Made by a program: the position numbers and the translations under genes. From contig CAYOZW010000002.1 of NCBI GenBank assembly GCA_964408495.1, forward strand, positions 388 through 51,068: 50,681 nucleotides of DNA, given 5' to 3'. The notes under the pieces are model-generated. The model saw only the letters and a list, made by a program, of their open reading frames with translations, made no database searches and was not told where the DNA came from. Within the stretch, counting starts at the first letter, position 1; the number at the start of each line of letters is the position of its first letter. The stretch comes from an uncultured Eubacteriales bacterium. Its GTDB lineage: Bacteria; Acidobacteriota; Aminicenantia; Aminicenantales; UBA8522. Positions 37,148 through 46,297 of the stretch are shown here, piece by piece.

Positions 37148-39319
37148 TCATAACCTGAACAGATAGGACACTTTGAGAGTGATGGAGTGCCCCCCCTCTC
37201 TGATTAGGTCCTCGGTCCTCGCGCTCTTCTTATAGCTGAGCTGGACGATGTTCCCGGCGCCGAAATAATAACCGACTAGAAAATCAAAGTTATACTGGTT
37301 TTCCCGCGTTTCCCCCAAGAGCCGCGTAGTCAAGAAAAGGCTGCGGGTGATCTGGAGGTGCAATGAGGTCCCATAGGCCACGCCGTCGAAAACCTTTTCC
37401 CCCGTTTGATCGATCGTCTGCCTGATCCAGTTGCTAATGAATGACCACTCGAAGGAGCTGAGGGGCCTGAGGGTCACTTCCGCTTCGGTGTGCAGCTCAG
37501 ATCCCGCCTCCACCGCCGTGAAGTCCTCGTTATAGATCCCTTTTTTCTCCCACCCGAGCTCGACGCTGGCTCCTTTCAGGAACCCGCCGCGCTCCCAATG
37601 AAAATCGAAAAAATCGCCGCCATAAGTCTTGATATAATCCCTCGTCCAGGCCAATTTGTCGTCCGCGCCGAAGACCTGATACTTGCTTTTTCCCAGCGAA
37701 AACTGCCCATGGATCATAAATTGGGCCAGGAATTCCGTCCAGTAACTGAACTCGACAGAGCCGCCGGCCGGATTCCCGTGGGTATCCTGATTTTAAGTCC
37801 CGCCGACGTCGAGGCTGAAGCGTTTGACCTTCCCGCGGTTGAACCTCCAGGCGTACCCTGTCATCAGGTTGAACGACTGGATGTCGATCTGACTGAGAAA
37901 GCCGGTCGAGATGTTTACGTTCTCCTCGATCCGCTGGAAGCTCGCACTCAACTGCATCCCGGCGTCGATCTCCCTAAGGAACTGGATGATGTGAAACCCA
38001 TTGTTCTTGCCTTCCGCTCCCCGGGTGAGCGTGAAAGCGCTCACGCCGCGCAGGAAATAAATGTCTTTGAAGTTGAAACTGTAGTCGACAGCAAAATTGT
38101 TGTTGCCCGCCTCCGAAGTGTTAGCTCCGGCGTAGTAGATCCCCACCTGGGAGTTCTTGAGGATGTCCTTCTGGACACGGACAACGCTGAAATTAGAGTT
38201 GGTGGAGGCCCCTTGTTCGGCGCCCTCCAAAACTGCGGGCTCCTTGTTGACGGCGCCCAGGATGCCGAAAGAGTACCCACCGGTTTTGCCGCTCACCTTG
38301 GCGGCGAATTTGGGATTGCCCACGCGCCGGGAGTAGAAAAGGGAGACGGTCGGCTCGTGAAAGTCCTCACTCTCCGTGGCCAACTGGAAATACCGGCTGC
38401 CCTCGGTAAAAAACGGGCGGTTCTCCTGGAGGTAGTTCTCATAGGGGGAAAGCTGGTAGATGAAAGGGTCGGATTCCACTTCGCTGAAATCCGGACTGGC
38501 CGCAACGTCCAGATAGAGGTTCGGTCGGATACCGTACTTGACGTCCATCCCGAAGGCCGCCTTGTCGTCCTTCTCCCCATCCCAGCGCGAGGACCTGAGG
38601 CCGGCATAGGGGAAGAATTCGAGGTTGTATCCAGGGCGGACTCCTGAGAGGCCGGCCAGCTCTCCCATCTGGTGAAGCAGGGGCACATCCCGGTCGACAT
38701 CCGTCCAGTAATCCTGCTCATTCAAACGGTGAATGTACCTTTCAAAATTGATCCCCCAAACCTGGCGATGCTCCGGAGAGAACCTTAAGGACTTGAAGGG
38801 GATCGCCATCTCGGCGGCCCATCCATCCGGACGGATCACGGCGCCGGATTTCCAGATCGTCTCGACCGAATTCTTCTGGACACCTCTTGGGTTCACGGTG
38901 AAACTGATGCTTGTCCGATTATCGTTGTAGGTATCCAGGAGGACTGTGATCGCGTCGTTATTCTCATACTCGTTGCGCGGGGTTAACTCCGCCCAGATCC
39001 GTTTCGGCTCGGAATCCTCCATCAGGAAGGCAAAATAGATATTGTCTTGATCGTAGGCCGCCCAGACAAGCGTTTCTTCCGAAGCCTTCGCGCCGTTTAC
39101 CGGATCGTGCTGGAAAAACCCGGATACCGGCTGGATATTTTTCCAGCAACTGTCCTCGATGAGGCCGTCAATTCTGGGAGGAGTCTCTATCCGGGTGACG
39201 GGAATGGTTTTTGTCCGCGTCTGGCCAAAAAGACAGGGGACAGACAGCCCCACAAAAAGAGACAGGGACAACAGAAGACATCTTCTGTCCCTTACGTAAT
39301 ATTCCGGTCTCATTTTCAT
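37148..39319 (-). pseudogene. CBM9-like + DUF5916 protein, paralogue 3, interrupted by one in-frame TAA (37793-37795)
   Basis: Track ORFs 37793..39319 and 37148..37717 are in the same frame. I translated the 75 nt between them: T-stop-NQDTHGNPAGGSVEFSYWTEFLAQF-MIHGQ. The only stop is TAA. The total span of 2172 nt is identical to paralogue 2. Confidence 0.8.
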
Positions 39320-39333
39320 CCGTTTTTTTGTCT

Positions 39334-39362
39334 ACCTTAAAGCCATTGTGTATCAGAGTCAA
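39334..39362 (-). promoter_or_regulatory. Sigma70-like promoter candidate TTGACT-N17-TAAGGT for paralogue 3
   Basis: On the minus strand, TTGACT is at 39362-39357 and TAAGGT at 39339-39334. The ATG at 39319 lies 14 nt beyond, with no SD. Confidence 0.35.
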
Positions 39363-39720
39363 ACATAAACCTCAACATCTTTTGTCTTTGGACGAAAGCA
39401 AGGCCTGTTTTCTTCCCATCAATTGAGCTCGGAATCTTAGGAAGAAGGCCGGTGGGAGACTGCCTGAGCGTTCCCCGGCAATTTCATTCTGTCCGCCAGC
39501 GGACACCCGGTGTCTCGGATACGAACAAGGCCGATTCGCTTCCCTGGGTGTCCGCGGCTCTCCCTCCTCTGGAATCTTATCGGTTCGCAGATATTTCCCC
39601 CATATGGGCGCCCGATTTCACGACCTCCTTATGCTCCTGGGTGATCCTCTCCTTTTTCCCCTGCCTCTCAAAAGATGGGGTGGCACGAATGTTGCTCTTA
39701 TGTCCGCCTGGAGTTCACCA

Positions 39721-42075
39721 ATGCTGAAAAACTATTTAAAGATCGCCCTCCGGAATATCCTCAGGCACAAAGGGTATTCCTTCATCAACATCGCCGGCCT
39801 GACTCTCGGCCTGGCCTGTTTCATCCTTATCGGCCTGTGGGTTCGTGACGAACTCAGCTTCGACCGTTTCCACGAGAAAAAGGACCGGATTTTCAGGATC
39901 CTGAACAAAGTCGAGAGCGGGCAACTCATCCCGAGCCCCACTTACGCGCTCGCTCCGGCGTTGAAGGAGGAATATCCCGAGGTCGAGGAATACTCCCGCG
40001 TCTGGCCCTGGGCGGGGTCGCTCGTCCGGTATCAAGACAAGCGTTTCGAGGAAGAACGAATCAATCTGGCTGACCCTGGCTTCTTCCGGATGTTCTCCTT
40101 TCCCTTCCTCCTTGGGGATCCAGAAACCGCGCTCGCCGACAGGAATTCGATCGTCCTTACGGAAACGACGGCCCGGAAGTATTTCGGGGACGAGGACCCG
40201 CTGGGCAAGGTGCTTTTCCTAGATGAATACAATGCCGGGTTCGTAGTTTCAGGGATTATCAAGGATGTCCCTTCCAATTCTCATATTCAGTTCGACCTCC
40301 TGGCCCGAGTGGAACTTCTGGGAGAAGACCGGCTCGCCCGCTGGCAGGAATGGATGGGCCCCTGCTATGTCCTCCTCCGGCCGGGGACCTCGGGCGCGGA
40401 CGTCACGTCGAAGATCGCGGACATCTACAAGAAACATGAAGACCCGGAAGCCACCTACGTGCCCATCCTCCAGCCCCTGACCGAGGTCCACCTCCATGAG
40501 TCCGGCCGCCCCGCAGGCCTCCAAAAAGTCCTTCTCTTTTCCCTGATCGCGATCTTCATCCTGGTCATGGCCTGCGTCAATTTCATGAACTTGTCCACGG
40601 CCCGGTCGGCCAGGCGGGCAAGAGAAGTGGGCATCCGCAAGGTCGTCGGCGCGCATCGACCCCAGCTCATCAGGCAGTTCCTGGGGGAAGCGCTGGTGAT
40701 AAGCGCCATTGCCCTATTCTTGGCTTTGGCTCTGGTGGAGGCCCTCCTTCCCCGGTTCAACCTGTTCGCCGGTAAGAATCTGAGCCTCCTATCGGATGCC
40801 GGCCTTTTCATGATGCTGATACTCCTCCTCGTGATCCTGGCGACCGGCCTCCTTGCCGGGAGCTATCCGGCCTTTTTCCTATCTTCCTTCTCGTCGGTCG
40901 AGGCCTTGAAACAACGGCCCGGGTCCAGGGGCCGGGGAGCAGCGATCAGGAAAGGCCTGATCATTTTCCAGTTCGCCATCTCCGTGGGGCTCCTCACCTG
41001 CACCCTGGTCGCCTCCCGGCAGCTTCATCACATCCAAACCATGGACCTGGGATTGAACAGGGAGCACGTCGTCATCCTTTACAACAACCCGGGGCTGAGG
41101 AAGAATTTCGACACCTTCCGCAACGATTTATTGATAGAGCCGTCCATTCGCAGCGTCACCTCCGCCGCCCAGGGACCGACCTGGGTGGGACAAAGCTTTT
41201 CCATCAACTGGGAAGGCAACCCTTCCGAAAATATGCTGGGTGTTGACTACACGGTCGTCGACTACGACTTTTTCCAGACCTTCGGCATGACAATGGTCAG
41301 GGGCCGGGCTTTCTCCAGAGAATTCCCGGCGGATGAGGACGGGGCTTGCATCATCAACGAAACGGCGGCGAAGAGAATGGGAGTGGAAGATCCCGTGGGA
41401 ATGACCGTTTATATGGCCCACCCGGCCTGGCCGGAGTCTTTCCGCCAGGCGCGGGTCATTGGTGTCGTCAAAGATTTCAACGCCCGCACGGTCCATACGG
41501 CCATCCCGCCTTTCGTCTTCCGGATGTACAAACCCTGGCACCAGTATGTCTTCATCAAGGTCGACGGCACCAGGATCCCCGAAGCGCTGAAACGGATCGA
41601 AGCCGCTTTCGAGCAGCGCTCGCCGGACTATCCTTACCGGTATCTATTCTATGATGAAGCGTTCAACCGTCAATATGCCTCGGAGCGGCAGCTGGGAGTG
41701 TTGTTCAACGGGTTTGGAGTGCTGTCCATCTTCATCTCCTGTCTGGGATTGTTCGGCCTGGCCGCCTACACGGCGGAACAGAAAACCAAGGAGATCGGTA
41801 TCCGTAAGGTTCTTGGAGCATCCCTCCCGGGAATCATCTCCTTGACGACAAAGGAATTTCTCAAATGGGTGGCGTTGGCCCATCTCATCGGCTGGCCGAT
41901 CGCCTATTTTGTGATGAGCCAGTGGCTCCGGGAGTTCGCTTACAGGGTGGGTATCGGGCCGGTTGTTTTCGCCCTGTCCGCCGGATTGACTCTGCTCGTT
42001 GCTTTCCTCACGGTCGGCTTCCAAGCGGTTAAAGCCGCCCTGGCTAACCCCGTGGAGTCTTTGCGGTACGAGTGA
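39721..42075 (+). CDS. Duplicated MacB/FtsX-type permease, second copy, no ATPase domain
   Basis: ATG 39721 gives MLKNYLKIALRNILRHKGYSFINIAGLTLGLA, parallel to the N-terminus of 13031..15436. The architecture is the same, with two periplasmic core domains and two FtsX blocks (VGIRKVVGAHR.., IGIRKVLGASL..). The track start 39604 is rejected. Confidence 0.9.
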   Translation: MLKNYLKIALRNILRHKGYSFINIAGLTLGLACFILIGLWVRDELSFDRFHEKKDRIFRILNKVESGQLIPSPTYALAPALKEEYPEVEEYSRVWPWAGSLVRYQDKRFEEERINLADPGFFRMFSFPFLLGDPETALADRNSIVLTETTARKYFGDEDPLGKVLFLDEYNAGFVVSGIIKDVPSNSHIQFDLLARVELLGEDRLARWQEWMGPCYVLLRPGTSGADVTSKIADIYKKHEDPEATYVPILQPLTEVHLHESGRPAGLQKVLLFSLIAIFILVMACVNFMNLSTARSARRAREVGIRKVVGAHRPQLIRQFLGEALVISAIALFLALALVEALLPRFNLFAGKNLSLLSDAGLFMMLILLLVILATGLLAGSYPAFFLSSFSSVEALKQRPGSRGRGAAIRKGLIIFQFAISVGLLTCTLVASRQLHHIQTMDLGLNREHVVILYNNPGLRKNFDTFRNDLLIEPSIRSVTSAAQGPTWVGQSFSINWEGNPSENMLGVDYTVVDYDFFQTFGMTMVRGRAFSREFPADEDGACIINETAAKRMGVEDPVGMTVYMAHPAWPESFRQARVIGVVKDFNARTVHTAIPPFVFRMYKPWHQYVFIKVDGTRIPEALKRIEAAFEQRSPDYPYRYLFYDEAFNRQYASERQLGVLFNGFGVLSIFISCLGLFGLAAYTAEQKTKEIGIRKVLGASLPGIISLTTKEFLKWVALAHLIGWPIAYFVMSQWLREFAYRVGIGPVVFALSAGLTLLVAFLTVGFQAVKAALANPVESLRYE

Positions 42076-42413
42076 CTCGGATCATCTCAAAGCGCCGGAC
42101 CGAGATTCAACGCGAGCCCGCAAGTCAAGATTAGCAGGCGACTCGATGGTCAGCGCTCGGCCGGCCGAGCTCGACCTTATAGGCCGGAACGAAAGAGGGG
42201 AAAAAAATCCGAATAGGGGGAGCAAGCGGCCGTCCCTGGCTCAAGGTAGCACTAGGGGACGTGTTTAGGTATAATCACCATTCTGGCCATTCTATCGGTA
42301 ACTGATCCCCATAGCTGTTCTGAGCTCAATAACATGGCGTCAATAATAAAAAGGAGACCGGCCGTCCTGACGGTGGGAATCCGTTTTCTCCGGCAGCCGC
42401 TACTTCCTGCGTC

Positions 42414-43322
42414 TTGATTCCAGCTGGCCGGGCCTCGGCTCCTTTTTTCCATTTTTACCACCTTTGGGGAACCCACGACAGCTACGCTCCGCCGGAACGG
42501 GTGATGAGGATTCTCGAAAAAGACAATCCGGATTACCGCTATAAGCTTTACCGGACAACCGACATGATGTACAGGCAAACCCCATGCACTCCGGAGGAGG
42601 TCGCGGCCGTCCGGCGCCTTTATGCGGGGACTGTCTATCATGCCGATTCCATCCTCGGAACGCTTTTCGATGACCTGAGGCGTCAGGGGCTGTGGGACGA
42701 TACCCTGATCATCATCACCGCCGACCACGGCGAAGAGCTCTACGACCATCACCAATACTTCTACCACAATCCCTCGCTTTATGACTCCGCCCTCAAGGTG
42801 CCGTTGCTCATCAAGTTTCCCGGCCAGCGCGGCCGCCGGGTCATCGAAGAGAATGTTTCACTCATCGACATTTTTCCCACCATTTATGACTACTTCGCCG
42901 GCCCGGTGCCGTCCGGACGATTCTCCGGCCTGTCTCTAATCCCGCTTCTGAAGGGCCGCCGAAAAGCATTCCGCGAGCGCGTCGTCTTCGCCGAAGCGGA
43001 AGATTCCCAAGTCGCCGCGGCCGTACATGACCACTTCAAGCTGATCTACAATCCCAATGAAGTGGAGGCCCGCAACCGTCTCGGCCTGCCTTTTCCGTTC
43101 GCCCGGAAAGAATTCTACGACCTGGGAAAAGACCCGGGAGAGACTCGGAATCTGGCAGATTCCGGACAGTCAGCGGAAAGCCGTTTGCTCACCGCGGCCG
43201 ACCAATCCCTGCGATCAACGCGTCAACTGCAGGGGAAGAAGGCGGAGGAAAAGGTCGAGCTCACCGAGGAAGAGAAGAAAAAGACCGAAAAGCGACTGCG
43301 GAGCCTCGGCTACATCCGCTGA
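42414..43322 (+). pseudogene. Sulfatase-family (alkaline-phosphatase superfamily) gene lacking its catalytic N-terminal ~200 aa
   Basis: The ORF opens at PFFHFYHLWGTHDSY, which is a mid-protein sulfatase motif. It continues with LIIITADHGEEL and ALKVPLLIKFPG. The N-terminal metal-binding and C/S-x-P-x-R formylglycine region is absent. The upstream 340 nt holds only a 27-codon ORF (42334-42417) in another frame. Confidence 0.55.
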
Positions 43323-43471
43323 GCCTATAGATTCTGTCCCCTCATTAAAAAGACGCCTGAGATCCCGTTTCCAACTGGAAAATCAATCCCTCAATAATAA
43401 AGCATTAGGTAGGAGATTGATTTCATTAACGGCCTCCGTGATCTCCTCTCAATCGGCCAGAGAAAAAAAGC

Positions 43472-43506
43472 TTGACTTTTATATATTACTTATGTTATAT
43501 AACATA
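43472..43506 (+). promoter_or_regulatory. Promoter (TTGACT-N18-TATATA) overlapped by a perfect 16-bp palindrome, a candidate TetR operator
   Basis: TTGACT at 43472-43477 and TATATA at 43496-43501. The palindrome TATGTTATATAACATA at 43491-43506 is its own reverse complement. The patch is AT-rich and sits immediately upstream of the TetR gene. Confidence 0.5.
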
Positions 43507-43531
43507 TATTATATTAAAAGGGATGATGAGC

Positions 43532-44191
43532 ATGTCACCAAAGAAGACGGCCTTTACCCGCGACATCGTGCTGACGGCGGCTCTCAACGTCGTCCGGCGG
43601 CAGGGCTGGGACGCCCTGACCGCCCGGAGTATCGCCGACGGGCTGGGCGCATCAGTGGCGCCAGTCTACAGCGCCTTCGGCTCGATGGACAGCCTGCTTC
43701 GGCAGACTCTGAAGGAAATACGCAGACTCCTCCAGGAATACACGTCTCGGACTTACTCAGATATTCCCTTCCTTGACATCGGAGTGGGGATCGTCTCCTT
43801 TGCCCGGGACGAACCCATGCTCTTCCGGGCGCTTTTCCACACCCCCCACGGTTTCCGGGATATCGTTGATGGCGTCAACATCTCGATCCTTTCCTGGATG
43901 AAGACCGATGTCCAGCTCGGCCTCCTGTCCGACGCGTCGCGCGAACGCCTCTGCGACAACATCGGCTTTTACACAATGGGGCTGGCCGCCGACGTTGCCG
44001 CCGGGTGGGTGAAGGCCGTCTCGACCGACAATATTGTCCGCCGGCTGAAGAACATGGGGAACATCGTGATGTTCGCCGAATTCTCCGGCATCGCCGACTC
44101 CGAGAGCCCCGAGAACAAAAGGGAGTGGACCCGGATCATGAAGGGGAAGAAGATCCCACTCCCCAAATCCCTCTCAGAAAAGAAGTCGTAA
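43532..44191 (+). CDS. TetR/AcrR-family transcriptional regulator
   Basis: The N-terminal HTH reads IVLTAALNVVRRQGWDALTARSIADGLGASVAPVYSAFGS. ATG 43523, 43526 and 43532 are all possible starts. Confidence 0.85.
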   Translation: MSPKKTAFTRDIVLTAALNVVRRQGWDALTARSIADGLGASVAPVYSAFGSMDSLLRQTLKEIRRLLQEYTSRTYSDIPFLDIGVGIVSFARDEPMLFRALFHTPHGFRDIVDGVNISILSWMKTDVQLGLLSDASRERLCDNIGFYTMGLAADVAAGWVKAVSTDNIVRRLKNMGNIVMFAEFSGIADSESPENKREWTRIMKGKKIPLPKSLSEKKS

Positions 44192-44269
44192 ATCATCACG
44201 ATCCTTGTCCTCTGATGAGAGGGCCGCTTGAATTTACGGCAGGACAAAATATTGAAAGGAGAGCAAAAA

Positions 44270-46267
44270 GTGAAACGCGAAATCCTTCGGACCTTTTCCG
44301 TTTTGACTTTGGCAACAATCCTAATGGCCACGGCATCGCAGCCAGTCAGTGCTTCGCGCTTGGTCCAGGCAGCAACCCGATTGTCCGGCCCAACGGATCT
44401 GGGAGAGTTCGAAGCCTTCCTTGACGCTTATCTGGCTGAGCAAATGAAAGCGCATCATATCCCGGGCGTAGTCTTCACCCTGGTAAAAGACGGCCATATC
44501 TTTTTCTCTAAGGGCTATGGCTATGCAGACCTGGAAAGGCAGACGCCAATTGACCCAAATCAGACCGTACTGACCACGGCCTCCCTCGGGAAGGCCTTCA
44601 CGGCAGTGGGCGCTCTGCAACTTTTCGAACGCGGGCTCATCGAACTGAACGAAGATGTCCGCCCATATTTAACAGATCTCCAACTCAAAACAAATTTCGA
44701 TGAACCACTGACCCTGGCGAACCTGTTGACGCACACGGACGGCTTTGAAACCCGCCTCATCGGTGTTTTCGCGCGAACCAAAGACGACTTCCTCCCTTTG
44801 GAGAAACTGCTGGAAAACTACAGCCCCAACCAGATCTACGCTCCCGGTCAGTATCTGACCTACGGCGACTTCGCCGCCAACCTGCTAGGCTACTTGATCC
44901 AGAAGGTGAGTGGTGTCTCGTTCGAGCAGTACATAACAGAGAATATCCTCGAGCCGCTCGGCATGACGAGCAGCACTTTCGACCAGCACTTGCCCGAGGA
45001 GATGCGGGCCAGGCTGGCTCCCGGATACGAGTTTCAAGGCGGCCGCTACGAGCAGATACCATTCTTCTTTGTTCGCTATGCTCCGTCCGGAGGACTGCGC
45101 ACCACCGCCGGGGATATGAACCGTTTCCTGCTGGCTCTCCTAAATAGCGGAGAACTCGATGGCGTGCGCATATTGGAGGAATCCAGCACCCAGATGATGT
45201 TCCACCGACAGTTCGCTCCCCATCCCAAAACCAGCGGGATTTCCTATGGCTTGTTTGAACACCTGGAGAACGGCCGAGAGCTTTTCTTGCGCGATGGCGA
45301 CGGCGTGGGCACTCGGACCCGCATGGTCTTGTTCCCTGAAGAAGACTTGGGCTTCTTTATCAGCTACAACTCTGGGGACGGAAACCTGCGTCTGGACATC
45401 ATCAGCGCTTTTTTGGACCATTACTACCCTGAAGATGGACCTCTTTTTCCAACACCGATGGATAATCATAAAAACCGCGTCGGACAGTTTGCCGGAACCT
45501 ACCGTCCTATCCAGGCGGATACCACTTCCTTCGCTAAATCCATGTATTTCTTTGAGCAGTTGATCAAAGTCCAACCAACCGACGAAGGCTACTTGAATAT
45601 CGCCGCGATCAGCATGGGAGATGAAAAAAGCAGCGTCTTCGGCGGCTTTGAGGGGACAAGCCTGTGGGTCGAGGTCGAACCGTTGTACTTCGAGCAAGTG
45701 GACGGCAAGGGACAAGTGGCTTTCGTCAAGGATGAATCGGGGAATGTCATCCAGATGATTTCAGGACAGGGCTATCACAGCACTTTTACAAAATTGCCCT
45801 GGTATGAAACCCAAACCTTTCAAAGGGTATTGATCGCGCTCGTAGCGCTCCTGATCCTCTCGATGGTGATTTTTACCCTCTTGATCTGGCCGCTCGACAC
45901 ATTGAGCCGCAAACTGCGCAAACATCCCACAAAGAATCCCGTTTCATGGGGCAAAGTGACGGCTCGCTTCTGGATCACGCTGACTGGGGGTATGTTGATA
46001 CTATTCCTATTCCGGGCTTTCGGCCTTCTCTATGGCGGTGAGCTGCCGAATTTCGTGTGGGGTATCAACAAGGATATGGTTGAATCCCTGAATAGTATTT
46101 ACCTGCCTGCTATTCTATCACTGCTCCTGCCCATTTTTGTTATTTTGGCCTGGAGTAAACATTGGTGGAAGTTGAGCGCCCGGGTGCATTACACACTGGT
46201 CACACTGGCGGTGTTCGCGTGTATCTGGTGGGCGCACTACTGGAACCTGCTTGGATTTCGGATGTAA
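44270..46267 (+). CDS. Beta-lactamase-family (class C/PBP4*-like) serine hydrolase with C-terminal multi-TM anchor
   Basis: SD AAAGGAGA lies 7 nt before GTG 44270. A signal peptide is present. PGVVFTLVKDG..GYGYAD and the SxxK motif ASLGKAF are present. The C-terminal ~170 aa contain four hydrophobic helices. Confidence 0.85.
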   Translation: MKREILRTFSVLTLATILMATASQPVSASRLVQAATRLSGPTDLGEFEAFLDAYLAEQMKAHHIPGVVFTLVKDGHIFFSKGYGYADLERQTPIDPNQTVLTTASLGKAFTAVGALQLFERGLIELNEDVRPYLTDLQLKTNFDEPLTLANLLTHTDGFETRLIGVFARTKDDFLPLEKLLENYSPNQIYAPGQYLTYGDFAANLLGYLIQKVSGVSFEQYITENILEPLGMTSSTFDQHLPEEMRARLAPGYEFQGGRYEQIPFFFVRYAPSGGLRTTAGDMNRFLLALLNSGELDGVRILEESSTQMMFHRQFAPHPKTSGISYGLFEHLENGRELFLRDGDGVGTRTRMVLFPEEDLGFFISYNSGDGNLRLDIISAFLDHYYPEDGPLFPTPMDNHKNRVGQFAGTYRPIQADTTSFAKSMYFFEQLIKVQPTDEGYLNIAAISMGDEKSSVFGGFEGTSLWVEVEPLYFEQVDGKGQVAFVKDESGNVIQMISGQGYHSTFTKLPWYETQTFQRVLIALVALLILSMVIFTLLIWPLDTLSRKLRKHPTKNPVSWGKVTARFWITLTGGMLILFLFRAFGLLYGGELPNFVWGINKDMVESLNSIYLPAILSLLLPIFVILAWSKHWWKLSARVHYTLVTLAVFACIWWAHYWNLLGFRM

Positions 46268-46297
46268 TGAGCGCACAAGCAACAAAGGCCTTTGGAC

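Noticed and set aside
37793-37795. In-frame TAA as programmed readthrough or recoding
   Set aside because: TAA, TAG and TGA all terminate ordinary genes in this window. The TAA-A context is a strong terminator, and I see no downstream stimulatory structure. A mutation or sequence error is more parsimonious, though this should be checked in the reads.
39604-39720. Track start 39604 for MacB-type permease 2, and likewise 9847, 22075, 24095, 25552, 29940-30461, 31806, 31975 and 43472 for their genes
   Set aside because: The downstream internal starts give canonical N-termini: signal peptides, or the conserved MLKNYLK permease start. They also have SD sequences or promoters at the right distance. 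The upstream extensions look non-coding.
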